Positions 1 through 13,975 of a stretch of DNA of 64,000 nucleotides are shown piece after piece (position 1 is the stretch's first letter; each line of letters starts with the position of its first letter). The position numbers and the translations under genes were made by a program. The stretch is from the human T2T-CHM13v2.0 reference genome, Homo sapiens. The stretch lies in NCBI RefSeq assembly GCF_009914755.1, contig NC_060936.1; one strand, written 5' to 3'. The notes beneath the pieces were generated by a model that saw only the letters and a list, made by a program, of their open reading frames with translations, made no database searches and was not told the origin of the DNA.

Positions 1-108
1 TATACATTTAACGGGTACAAGTGCAGTTTTGTTACATATATATTGCATAGTGGTTAAATCTGGGCTTTTAGTGTAACCATCATATAAATAGTTTACATAA
101 TATCCATT
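1..108 (-). mobile_element. L1PB-type LINE-1 3' UTR fragment
   Basis: gggtacaagtgcagttttgttac...attgcatagtggt..gtctgggcttttagtgtaaccatca matches the antisense 3' end of L1PB-class elements. Confidence 0.65.
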
Positions 109-506
109 ATGCTTTCAATGTTTTATCTGTGGTCTTCAGCTTCATTCTATGTTCTCAGAGTCCTTAAGACATGGAGGTAAAATTTGATAAGGAATTGAAC
201 AGATATATCACATCCTACTGATTTAGGCACAACTTATATATTAGTCTCTAATTGTTTACAAAGTAAGAAAGTTTGATTTTATAAAAAGAGAACTTAGGCT
301 AATTCAAAACTTTGTATACCAATTGGGGTGGTAGTATTTCATTATGGATTTCATTAGTGGGTGAGAAGGAGAGATTCTGCAATTGCAAATATGTTATCTA
401 AATTAAATTCTAAATTAGCCTTATAATAAAATAATAAATGATAATATGCTAAGACCCTACAATACTGTAGTATCATGTTGGTGTGTGTGTGTTTTTAACA
501 ATTATG

Positions 507-883
<377 letters not shown>

Positions 884-1291
884 CTATTCAGGGTCATGGC
901 AATTAACGTATCACAGGTTAATTTCAATTAGTAATTGATCAATGTTTCTCAAATAGCTGAAAAAGCAAGATACCTGAAATCATTTAAGAGAGCAATTTCA
1001 TACACGGTATGTGACAAACACCATTCCCTGAGATGTGGTAATGGTGGTGGTGTACGGTGAAGGGTTTGATACCAAAAACACTTGGGAAATGCTGTATACT
1101 GTTTTCTCTTGGACATACAAAGGCACATGAGCATATTGAAGGCTCTGACCAGTACTGCAGTAAAGAAGTCAATTTAATTTTGTTTCATCTAGTGTTTTTA
1201 AAATGTTTACATCAGGAAATTTTCATATTTCCTAATATGACATACTCTGGTATTCTGTGAACCTTCTTTGACCAGGATTGTCTACACTCTA

Positions 1292-1575
1292 GAGTAGTGC
1301 TTCTGAAACTACTGTGGACAAAGATTAAATTTTAAAATTCTAATCTGTCATAACAGGCCACTAGTGATGACTAATTTTAGCTTGTACCACGTTAAGTCTG
1401 ACAACATTCACACTGGCCTGTATCCTGTTCAACATGTGTCCAGTGGTCATGTAGTTGGGTGTTGTAACAATGTTAACGTACTGTAATAGTTTCTAAATGC
1501 TTACCCTGTTTCCTCCATTCTTACCTGTCTCCCTTTGGACCAGCACTGGCAGGAGTAACTACTTTTGAATAGGAC
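1292..1575 (+). mobile_element. hAT-Charlie non-autonomous DNA transposon, MER119-like
   Basis: 5' gtgcttctgaaactactgtgg and 3' tttctaaatgcttac...ggaccagcactgg...actttTgaatag resemble MER119/Charlie termini; diverged. Confidence 0.4.
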
Positions 1576-1584
1576 AAGTCCAGA

Positions 1585-1750
1585 GCCTCACTTACTCACA
1601 GTGAGGTCTGCAGACCCGTTGTATCAGGATCACCTGAGAACTTGTTAGAAATGAGGTACCTCAGGCTTTCCCGAGATGTGTGGAATTATGAATCTTTATT
1701 TTAGCAAGATCCCATGTGACTTCTGTGCGCAGAAAATTTTGGGAAACATG
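1585..1750 (+). mobile_element. MER5A-type hAT-Charlie MITE
   Basis: atcacctgagaacttgttagaaatg...ttttagcaagatcccatgtgacttctg...tttgggaaac matches the MER5A core. Confidence 0.7.
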
Positions 1751-1759
1751 AATCCAGAA

Positions 1760-2030
1760 CCATGCTGTTCAGTAGAAGTAGAATGCAAGCCAAATATGTA
1801 ATTTTAAATTTTCTTGTAGACATGTAAAAGTGGAACTAATTTTAATGTATTTTATTTAACTCTCTATATAATTTCAGCATACAATTGATATAAAATAATC
1901 ATAAGACATTTTGCATTTTTTGAGACTTTGAAATTTAATGTTTTTATACTTAAAACAGATCTCATTTCTCATTGGCTACATTTCAAGTATTTAGTAGCTG
2001 CATGTAGCCATTGGCCATTACATTGTACCC
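1760..2030 (+). mobile_element. MER33 hAT-Charlie MITE
   Basis: tgctgttcagtagaa...gcaagccaaatatgtaattttaaattttc...ggctacatttcaagtatttagtagctgcatgtagcc. Confidence 0.75.
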
Positions 2031-2975
2031 CTCAGAACCTAGAATGTTATCTGGCACATAGCAAGTGCTTAGCAAATATTTATAGAATTAAAGTAGCTGA
2101 GGAAGAGCATTTACTGAAGGCAAGCAATGTATAAGCTACATTGCCTCTTTAAAACTTGAAGGTGTTTAGGTGGAAAAACATTTAAAACCAGGTGTCTGAC
2201 TCCTTGGTCCATTTTCTTTTTACTTCTTTACTGCTTTTTATTTTTTTGTGAATCTCTAAGTACATTAAGTAGGATTTTTTAGTTAGCTATTTAAAATCCA
2301 GTTTCCTAAATACTCATATATCTGCCTCAACTCCTTTCTGGAAAAAGTTCAACTGTAAGTAGATAAATAATCAAGACCGAGATTCTGGGTTATTTGTTTT
2401 TTATTTTCTCCTCTACTAATTTCCTGACCATTTTTCCTTTTTATTCATTTCGTTTTATTATTTAAATCTACTTTTAGAAAATTGCTTAGATATGTATTAA
2501 GATATCCTAAAATTTATTTTTTGATGAGAGAAGGATTAGAAAATTGAAATTTGATTGAAATTTGATGAGAGAAGGATTAGAAGATTGAGAGCAATTGGTC
2601 AAAAACAAATTTCAAATTATAGCACTTGTCTATGTAATATGGGACCTTAAAATAACTATTGACTCCTGGTGTCCAGGAGATCTAGAACCTTGCAGTCCTT
2701 GGACAACAGAACAATCACAAGATGCTGAGGTAGTGCTGTACCTACCAGTTTCATTATCATAGGTTGGGGAGGGTAGGAGTTGAGGTCTCCTGGTACAGGA
2801 GTGCAAAGGGCAAGTGCTTAGGAGTCATTTGCCCCTAAGTGTGGTGACTAGATTTTTTGAAAGAAGACAAAACACAAAATTTTTTCTTGTACTATCTCCT
2901 AGCTTGGTCTCCACTGTTTCTACTCCCATTTTTAAGACTAACGAAATCAGAATATTGGTTCTAGGTACCTTGTAA

Positions 2976-3314
<339 letters not shown>

Positions 3315-3444
3315 TAGTCATCTACTGCGTGACTTGTTCAGTGAAACCTCCCAACAGAGCTGGTGGGGCAAGTTCCAGCATTTTAATTAAGAACTCATTT
3401 AATTATGTTAATTCATATGGGAGCTAGTAAACTCAGAAGAAAAT

Positions 3445-3605
3445 GAATGTAGGAACTGGACACCCCAGTTTTTAATCTTGTTTTTTCCTCAACTCAACTT
3501 TTCCAAACTTCAGTTTCTTCATCTGTTAAAATGAGGATAACAGGAAAGCCCTAGGATTGTATTGAGAGGAGTAAATAAAACAACATGTTTTAAGATGTTT
3601 ACATG
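3445..3605 (+). mobile_element. MIR SINE fragment
   Basis: Core cttcagtttcttcatctgttaaaatgaggataac...ggattgtattgagagg. Confidence 0.65.
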
Positions 3606-3649
3606 GAGTTGGGCCCACATATATTAGTTATCCACCCTTTCTCCTGAGT

Positions 3650-4135
3650 GATAAGGGTGTGGGGAAATAGGAATTTCACATGCCAGTGGTTGGTAGAAGC
3701 ATTAATCAGAACAAGTTTTATGGAGGACAATTTGGCAGTCTTGACACAGCAGTACTACCAATTGTATACTTGTGCAGCCAAAGGATAAATTCCTAAGAAA
3801 TAGGAACAACGGTGCTCAGATAAAATTATTTCATAAAATCCAAAACTGCAGACAACTGAAATGCTCATAAATTAGGAGCTGATTAAATTATGGTAAATCC
3901 ATATAATGAAATGTGTAGACATTACAAAGGATGACATAGATATCCTTGGGAAGATGTCCAAGACCCATTAAGTGGGGAAAAAATGCAGGATGCTCTTCTT
4001 TGTACAATGTATAAAAGAATTTGCAATAAATTATTAAATGGATCAACCTGAGAAGTAGAAATGAGATCTGAGAGAACTTTCCTTTTTTCTCTTTCTCTGT
4101 AGTCTGAAATTTTTATTATGAGCAGATATTGCTTT
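3650..4135 (+). mobile_element. Old L1 (L1ME-class) 3' region fragment
   Basis: gtgtggggaaataggaa...caatttggcagt...caactgaaatgctca...attatggtaaatccatataatgaa; very diverged. Confidence 0.5.
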
Positions 4136-6940
4136 TCCAAAGCATTTATGTCAATATTTATGATAGGGAATGTATTGCCTTGTGGCTCAGTACCCTAATT
4201 CTGGGATACAAAAACCAATTTGGTGGAAGGGGCTCAATATCTGATAGTGTGGTAGTTTTGGAGTTTTGCCAGGCACATAATTTAAAATCAATTTAAAAGC
4301 CCGTGTATTCTGAATTTGATTCAGTATGTCAGTTTGGTCTAGAATTGATTGTTCTGGCACTTTTATATTGCACAACCCAGTGTTCTATGTTAGGATTCAT
4401 AACAAGTTAGTTTACTATTTTGCAAGGATTCAAATGGTTATAGTACATATGAAAAATGCAGCCTTAAAAAAGTCATATTGACTCAGTTTCTCTCCATCCC
4501 CCAATATAATATAAATTGTTATATTGTAGATTAAGTCTGACTTAATCTTCTTGGGGGAGATCAGTTTGTTATTCATTTTTTTGCACTGTGTAAAAGAACA
4601 CGAAAGATAAAATAAATTCAAATTGATTTATTATAGGAGGGGCATATTCTGAATGAGCTTAGCTAAGTACATACTAAAACAAAAGTAGCTTATAAAAAAT
4701 GTGATAATGTAAGGATTTTTTTCTAATCCTGATTAGATTTTAAATTGTCCCTTCAGTAGTTTGCATAATTATAAGGCACTGCTATAGAATGAGTAACAAT
4801 AGAAAATAACTCATTAATGCCTGTTTCTCTTTGGCATTGTTCCAGGGCATGCAGCTTGATGTTTGCAGAGGAGACAGTCTAGCATTTCCCAGTCTGATAT
4901 GGAACATCAAAGATTGCTAGGATTTCTCAGTACTCAGACATTCCTCATTTTGTCTGAAGTGGTAATATCCTGAAGAGCCAATAGTTGCATGGAATTTAAA
5001 GTATTTTGGCACTTATTCTTATAGTATTTTCAAATGTAGTTTATATTAGAGAAGTAGATTGAGATTTCTTGGCTTTTAAGCAAAATGAGTTATTGCAAAA
5101 TCTAGTTTTTGAGCCCAAGGTTATAAGGTAATTGCAATGCTGGTGACTAAACCGGATTGCTTTTTAGAACTAGGTTTTAAATACCTACCACTTACAAGCC
5201 ATAGTGTTTGATTATCACTAGTGCATTTTTAGTGTGGTGCCTAGACATTAGATATGAATCCCTAATTAATGAATAATGAGATGTTGAATCTGGAGTACTG
5301 GAATTTTATTCTTCATTGTAATATTTTCCAATACAGGTTGTGCTCAGCCATAGTGCATCAGGATTGGCTATATATACACACCGTTGATGACTTCCAAACA
5401 CTTACAAAGTAATCAGTTTCTATCTTAATATGGTTAAACTATTGACAGGCCCTATGGGTTTAGACTGATCAGACCCCTTGATAAAAGGAATTCTTTTGAT
5501 ATATAAACATGAATACAAATGGGGACCCTAAAATACATACTCTTCTTGGAACAGACACTGTAGAACAAATCCACTCATCTCCTAGTCATTCAATGTGAAG
5601 ATATGGAGTAAATACTAAGACAGTCTTGACCAGTTTGTCATGTAATAAATAATTCTTCACTGTTATTTCTTATGGATAAATGTTTAATAACTGGTTTATG
5701 TTAAAAAATGGTTCATGATAAAAAAAATTTTTTTCCTATCACATGAAGAATTTTGGGCAATCAACAAGGATTGCATGGTTTGATAGTAGATTTTAATAAG
5801 ATAAAATGATATATCAGGATGTGTGCATATATAGTACCTTCACACAATATTACTAAAATTTATTTTGTTAATATGTTGGTATGGTATTAATATTAAATTG
5901 CTATATTAGAAATATACCAATATTATTTTCTATTAAGTATTATTAAATTGGTGTATTAGAAATTATAATTTAAAGATGCCAGGGCATGAATATTAGTTGA
6001 AAATTGGTTTTATTGAATTACTGGAAGAAAAAAAGAATCTCTTTGGACAGTGAATAGTGAACTTAGATATTTGTACAATGTATTGTTGAGAATAGAAGAA
6101 AACTGCCCTTTACATTTTTCACCCAGATGTGTGCTTTCTCCATGGCTTCTGACCCTTTCCTGGCCACCATGGTTTGAGCGCTAAGTCATCTGGGTTCTAA
6201 GCCATAACTAGCAGAGCCCCTATTTACTGGTGTCTTCCCTAAGATTGGAGATCACCATTTCTGAGGTATGACGAGTGATGCACTTGTTGTCCATACGCAA
6301 ATACACGGAAAGGTAACAAATTCAGGAAGTATTTTTCCTTATAAGCTTTTTTATTTCTGAATTTTAGACTTACCTTTTTTGCCTGGATGCATGGACTCAT
6401 CAGCTGTAGTACATATGCTGGCTCCTGAATGGCCTTAGCCCTTAGTTCCTCCTGTGAGGAATTTCACTGTGTGCATTAAAGTGAAAGGAACACAATTGAT
6501 ATGAAGTCATATCTCCTTAAAAAACATATGGACAGTTTTAGTTGCAAATATATAATTGTATTACTTTCATGTCCATATTGAGGTTGGCTTAACACAAGCT
6601 GATCTTAACCTAGAACTTCAGAGAGTGACAATTCTATCAGCCTTCTGAAATGTCCATTGCAATATGTAAAAAGAAAAATAATTCTTGTACATAAATTTTC
6701 CAAATGAGAGTATCAGGTATAGTATATTCAATTAAAGTGCCATGAGATCATCTCTGTAGAGATTTTTCATTTCAGAGTAATGCTCATTAGACATCGATCT
6801 ATTTTTCCTTTGATTATCATTTTGAGTCTAGATTTTATCCAAAGGATATGGATTTGCTGAATGAAACTCAAAATTCAACTTGTAAAACAATACATAGATG
6901 ACCCTATTATGAAAGATGCCATTAAAGAAAACAACTTATT

Positions 6941-7119
6941 GGCTGGGTGCAGTGGCTCACACCTATAATCCCAACACTTTGGGAGGCTGAGGTAGGAGGA
7001 TTGCTTCAGGTCAGGAGTTGGAGATCAGCCTGTGCAGCAGGAGTTTGAGGCTACAGTCAGCTGTAATAGTGCAACTGTACTACAGCCTGGGAGACAGAGC
7101 AAGACCTTGTTTCAGAAAA
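6941..7119 (+). mobile_element. AluJ with internal deletion (about 180 bp)
   Basis: The left arm runs to gagatcagcctgtgcag, then jumps to the right-arm caggagtttgaggctacagt. TSD aaaacaactta(t/c)t at 6928-6940 and 7120-7132. Confidence 0.9.
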
Positions 7120-7200
7120 AAAACAACTTACTGCTAACCCATTTCGTTATATTAAGCCAGCATATAAAAACAGATATAAAGCATGTGCAGATGTACTATT

Positions 7201-7600
7201 TGTAAACGTTTCCTAGGCCTGTTATAATAAAGTGCGTACAACTAGGTGGCTTAAGACAACAGAAACCTATGTCCTGGAGGCTGGAAGTCTGAAATCTGGG
7301 TGTTGGCAGAGTCGTGTTCTCTCTGACAGGCGAGAATCCTTCCTTGCCTTGTTCAGCTGCTGGTGTTTGCTGCAATTCTTGGTTCTTTGGTGTCAATCAC
7401 ATGACCATCTTCTCCTGCTGTGTCTTTGCATCATTGTCCCTCTGTGTGTATCTGTGTCCAGATTTCCTATTTATAAGCAGATTAGACTATACCCTAGTGA
7501 CTTTGTTTTAATGTTAATTACAAATAAAGTCACTTTCTGAGGTATTGGCGCTTAGGATTCAACATATAATTTGGGGAGGATACCATTCAGCACAAAACAC
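7201..7600 (-). mobile_element. MLT1 (MLT1C-like) MaLR solo LTR
   Basis: ggtggcttaagacaacagaaa...ctggaggctggaagtctgaaatc...aaataaagtcactttctgaggtattgg..ttaggattcaacatat. Confidence 0.8.
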
Positions 7601-7649
7601 TTCTGATGTTGGGAATATAGAAGATACTTATTCAGTCATTACACATTTA

Positions 7650-7987
<338 letters not shown>

Positions 7988-9205
7988 AAAAGTGAGGAAG
8001 TTGTAATCCTCCCCCACGAGGAGCTGGCATTCAAGGTATGGGAGACAAATAAGCCAGCTAGTTACAAACAAACCTCTGAATAATCTTTATTATTATTCAT
8101 AATCTATTCAATTATTTAAATAATAGAGAAATCTCATGGATTAAAGCAGCAGCAGTTGGGGAAGTATGTGTTTTAGGGACACTTGGGCTATAGGCTATAA
8201 TCTTATGAGAGAGATATGAGAAAAGGCTTCTATGGCTACTAAATATGCAAAATGCTAGGTTAGATGGATAAACAGGGTTCTTCACTGCAAGTCTTCTCAG
8301 AGCCTTGAATATGCTATTGTGCTTTGTGAATATAGAGCTGGTGACTATGGTGTTTCCCACACATACTTGACCACATGATTCTTCTTAATGGATCATTTCA
8401 AGTAATTATGTTCCTAGGAAAACACTGGAAACTAGTGTTGAACCATGTGATCTTATTTCAAAAACCTCCGCAGAGCTAGCATAATATAATGGTTGCTAAG
8501 ATAATTCATCACCCTGAGGATGGGAGCAAAGGTTTTCAGAAATTTATAGACCTCTTATGTAGATATAGCCAATCCTTCTCAAGACAGTGTGTTTCTTTCA
8601 TAACGGTTGCAAGAAAATACTGATCAGTGGATTGAATTCTGTGTTTCATCCAGCAAATTTAGTGATTTTGGAATCTGGTTAAAAGCAAGTGACCTGTTCT
8701 TAAAGCAAAGTAGCATGTTTGCATCACTTCTATGAATGCAGTATTCATTGCCATATTTGAGACAATAAGCATTCGAACAGCCAGTGTTAAACTCTGCCTG
8801 AAATGCCCTTGGGAAGTTTTATACCCCATCCTGCTGTGGTTAGAAAGTATGATACACAGAATTTATTCTGGGCCTTGAAAGCATGTACATCCTGTACACT
8901 TCTGAGACACTACCACGTTAGTGATTATGTATAAACTTGAGGAAACTTGAAGCTGTGCATCAAATTCTCCTAGGAAAATCTTACAGTGAATAAATCACTT
9001 GTATTAGTAATTTAGAGTTTGAATGATATCTGAAGGCCTCTTCACTATGAGAATACTGGAAAATGCGGTGGTGGAGCGGTGGTCTTAATAGCATTAAGAG
9101 CCACAGATAAGCCAAGAGATACCTATGTGAATAGCCTGGCCCCACCTGGCTCTGATGGATTAACGGGACTGGGGAAGTTCTAGATCCTGCAAAGAAGAGT
9201 AGATT

Positions 9206-9508
9206 ATTTATTTATTTTTGAGACAGAGTCTCACTGTGGGGTCCAGGCTAGAGTGCAGTAGCACCATCGTAACTCACTCTAACCTTGAATTCCTGGGCTC
9301 AAGGAGTCATCCCACCTCAGCCTTCTGAGTAGCTAGGACTATAGGCATGTGTCACGGCACCTGGCTAATTTTTTATTTTTTGTAGAGGTGAGATCTTGCT
9401 ATGTTGCCCAGGCTGGTCTCAAATTCCTGGTCTCAAACAATCCTTCTGCTTCAACCTCCCAAAGTGTTGGAATTATGTGCACAGGCCTAACCTACTCCAT
9501 GCCCAGCC
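9206..9508 (-). mobile_element. AluJ
   Basis: Antisense Alu with J diagnostics (cctgggctcaag, ttgctatgttgcccaggctgg). Confidence 0.9.
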
Positions 9509-11934
9509 TAATAGTAGTTTTATTACGGTTATTTGTTCCACCTTTTGGAAACCCATTTAGAGTAATGAAATTATAGCTAATCTGAGGCCTTGTAGAAACT
9601 CTCAAATCTGTTTACTTTCTCAAAATAGGGGAATGAAAGTTAAATTTTTCTGCAGCTTTCCAGTAACAGACTGTCCTGAGAATCACTATATTTCCTTGCA
9701 TATATGTTCTTAATTATTGGGCCCCTCTCCTAATTCCTTTACCTGCAGCGTTCCATACTCAACAAATAGAGCTTAGTGATGCCCCTCCACCTCAGTGGCT
9801 CCATGAAAGAGGAGATGACACACGTACTCTCTAACCGTGGGCCAAATAACCGTGCAGGACTAAACATTAGTTCTTTTCACTTCTAAGTCTCAGAATAACG
9901 TTTTTTCTAAGCTTCCAGACTCAAATATCTCATTAAAGGTCTGTTTTGAGTTTAGGGTATTATTTGTTTGCAGAGTACATCTGTAGGGTTTGATGAGTTC
10001 CTCTCTTCTGCCTCAGTAATGGCTCAGTTTCAAAAATGAATGTAGAGACTCCTGTATTTCTTAAAGGTTTTACATTCTTTTCAGATTAACAGCCATACAG
10101 AATAGCCGTTATTCCATTGTTGTCATTGATTATAACCTTACTTGGGGTTACTCCCTGTTCAGAGAGAAAGCCCAGCACTTTCTATTCAAAAGTCTATTAG
10201 GAACAAGCAGTGTTGGGCAGTGGGTGGATCTCAGGGATGGATGCAAACTTGCCTCTGCAGTGGTGAGCCCATGTTCTCTTCCAATCCACTAAGCTCAGCC
10301 AACAGATGTTCTTAGTATTTGGCTGGTAAAAGGAAATGCAGTTTATCATTTAAAAACTGCACATTGTTGACCAGTGTTCAAGCAATAGTGTCTGGGTGGA
10401 ACTTTTTTTTTTTTTTTACAGATTGCAGGCATTTCCTGATATTTCAGAGGTGAGAAAGAAGGCAGATTTGAGAGTATTTTAAGGAATACCATTGTGGTAT
10501 ATGCTGTTTCTCGGAGGAATAACCTTGTAGTTGAGTCAGTCCCAAGCATGAATCCACAAGACACTGTTGTTTTTATTGAGATCATATGCAAGAGCTGTTG
10601 TTTACTTAAGTTATCCTTATTTAATTGGAGCAGCTGTGAAATGTATTTGGTTCACCCATCCAAGCTGGGAGCAAACTTTTCATTAGAAAATTTCATTGAT
10701 GACTAGAGTTGCTGTTTTTCTCTTGAATCAAGCCTTCCAATTTTACATATAAATAAGTAAACGGTGACTTTCAAAGCTGCAGGTTTTGTTTTATAGATGT
10801 AACTCGTTGTCACCCAAGGCAGTTGTCATCAGACAACTGAATGTTTCTTTGGGCAGCTAATTAAGGTGCTTATTGCAAACAACTTGGTGTGTCTTCTGCC
10901 CAAACCAGAATGTCTTAAAGCATTGCAAGATCACTTTCCTGGGGGAGAGTGATACTCTAAGTCATACCAAATTGGGATGTAGCACTTTTGTTTGGCAGAG
11001 CTAAAACCATTTAAATGTGTAGAAACTTTTACCAGAAAGAATGTGTCCTAATATAACCTTTAAATGTATTAAGTGAAGAAAAAAGGGGGAGCTGATCATA
11101 TTACATTTAAATGATTTGTTTTCCACCTCTGGGTCATGAGTTCTTTGAGGATAGGGATGCCTGTTATCAGCTGGTAATGGCTCATGTAGTTCAGCTTGAA
11201 TAACATTCTCAGCAGTTTTGAGGGGCTTTTTCAATAACCATGAAGTGAAGTTTTACATATGATTTATTACAACTTTAAAACTTTAGTTACAGATTTATAG
11301 GATATGAGTATAATTTGGCTGTATGCCTGTCACAATCTTGTGAAGAAGGAAAGACATGTTTTCCTCTTTTTTTTTTTATAAGAGGAAGGAAACAGGAACA
11401 GAAAGCGTACATGATATTATCAAAGCTGCCACTAAGATTACTTATAAAAGGAGGAATCTAAGATTCTGACTGCCATCAGACATTTTGTCAAAAAGAATAA
11501 ACTTAAATTGCCTTTAAGTCTTTGGAATTACCTGTGAATTATGGGAAGAAATGAATTCTGATAGGCTTGTCAATTTTAAACTTGCTAAAATTTAGACAAG
11601 TAGAATGATGCCAAATTAGAATTTTATAAATAATGTTCTAATTTTAATATATTGACTTTTAATTATATTTGAAGTTCATTATTTTGCAATTTCTGCCTGC
11701 TTCTACTTATGAAATATTTGGATGATAACAATTCTACTTCCCTTGCAGAATTGGAGTAGATTAGGTATAATGCATATGGAAGCAGCTGGAGAAATATAAA
11801 GCATGTCAACATTTCTTATTTCTGAGTAGTGGACACAGTGATGTCACATGTTTAGCCTCAGTATGTTGTTTGGATTTAAACATTTTCTTTTACAGCTGAA
11901 AAATAAAAAGTATAGTAATATAAGGCATTATTAT

Positions 11935-12940
11935 GTTAACTTTACTTGGGTATATTGTACATGCACTAAAATTCACTCACTATAGTATATAATGGAATGA
12001 TTTTGAAAAAATGTATAGAGTTGTGCCACAAACACTGCAATTGAGTTTTGGAAAAATTCAACCAACCCCCAAATTTCTCCAAGCATATTGGTAGTAAGCC
12101 TCAATCTGAGCAATCACTGATAGGCTGTCTTGCATTTTCTGGATACTTCATATGAATGTAATCACATAATATGTTGTCTTTTGTTTATAGATTCTTTCAC
12201 TTTACATAATGTTTTGAAGTCCATCCACACTGTAGCACCTGTCAGTAGTTCATTCCACTTTATTGCTGAATATTCCATTGTGTGGACATGCCACATTTAC
12301 CTGTCCATGTTAAAAGAATGGACATTTGGATTCTTTCCATTATTTGGCTATTACGAATAATACTGCTGCGACTATTAGTGTGCAAGTCTTTTGTGAACAT
12401 TTGTTTTTATTTCTCTTAGATTTCTAGAAGTGGAATTGCTGGGTCTTACATCATGTATGTGTGTAATTTTTAATAAACTGCCAATTTGTTACCCAAGGTG
12501 GCTATGCCAATTTTCACCAGAAATGTATGTGGTCTGGTTTCTCCACATCCTCATCAGCATTTGATATTGTCTTTTTATTTTAGTCATTTTAATGAATGTG
12601 TAATGGTATCTCATTGTGGTTCTACTTCACATTCCCTAATGAAAAATGATTTCAAGGGCTTATTGGCCATTCTTACTGCTTCTTTGGTAAAATATCTATT
12701 AAATTATTTTCCATTTTTTGAATTTACTTTTCTACTTATTATTTGGTTGTAGGAGTTCTTTATGTATTCCAGATATAAGTCCTTCATCAGATATGATTTA
12801 CAAAGTAGTTTCTTACTGTCTGTGGTCTGTCTTTTCATTTTCTTATTGGAATCTTTTGAATTGAAAAGTTTTTTAGCTTCAAGTCCAGTTTATCAGTTTT
12901 TAAATTTCATGATTTGTGATTTTTGATGTCAAGACATTAT
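11935..12940 (-). mobile_element. Old L1 (L1MC/L1ME-class) 3' region
   Basis: ttattgctgaatattccattgtgtgg...tctagaagtggaattgctgggtc...atggtatctcattgtgg...ccagatataagtccttcatcagatatg. Confidence 0.8.
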
Positions 12941-13729
12941 TAAGTGTTTTTATTACTATATTTGTTTAGTTCATTCCTACTAACTTCTGTTGTGACAACT
13001 GAAAAATGAAACAATGAAGTGAGATATGAAAGATGTTTTGGGAAAAACTTTCTTTCTAGAAAATATTAAGAGAAAGAAGCCCAAACTGGTAGTTCAAGTG
13101 AATGATTGTGAACTCTGTTATCACCTGGGATCAGTGGGTACCTGGGAACATGGTGGTGCCTTAGCACCATGCTAGTCTCTTATAAGGAATAAGTCTTTTT
13201 ATTAACATTGGCTTACCTGAGAAAAATGATAAAACTTTTGTGGGAAAAAAAATCCACCACATGAAGTCACTCGAATTAACTCATTAACACTCTTATGTTC
13301 TATCTAGGTCTAATACATGTGAGGTTACTTTTATACAGAGCAAAATACTGAGCTTAACACCTTGCATAGGTCATTTGATTAGAATGTATTGGCAAGAAGT
13401 CTGTGTTTTAAAAATCATCAAGCTTTGTATTGTTTGCATAGATATTAAAGAAGAAAGAAACATATTAAAGATATTCGAAGCTTTCTTTTCTAAAGTAAGG
13501 TATTCTATGATTTGATTTAACTTCACCTCCTGCATGTCTTACACAAGACTGTAGATTTTTTTTTTTCTGTTAAAAAGCACCCTGGTATTAATCCCAGCAT
13601 TGACTTATGCCATGCTAGAGAGGTCAGGAAGGAAGCTGCTACAGAGAAGAAAAAATATATCCTCTCATTGCATCTTCTCCCTTATCCTTCCTATGCCCAT
13701 GTCACAACTGGTCTGACTCCTTGGTCTTT

Positions 13730-13975
13730 GGGTGAGGGCTTTGAGCTAACTTTGATTTGATTTCTAGCTCTTCTAGTTACTAGCTGAATAACTTTGGACA
13801 GGCTATTCAGTCTTCTTAAGCCTGTAATTTTATTGTCGGTGAAATGTGATACTGATACTTATCAGTACTGGGTTGTTTCAGGAAGGAGGGAAAATATTCA
13901 TAAATTGCCTAACATTGTGCTTAGCATATGGTAGGTGCTTTATAGGGGATTTCTGCTGTTACTATTATTGTTAAT
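13730..13975 (+). mobile_element. MIR SINE
   Basis: ctagctcttctagttactagctg...actttggacagg...gcttagcatatggtaggtgct...tactattatt. Confidence 0.65.

Noticed and set aside
10822-10837. Palindrome gttgtc-atca-gacaac resembling an RFX X-box
   Set aside because: The spacer is longer than in the canonical motif, and 6-bp arms occur often by chance.
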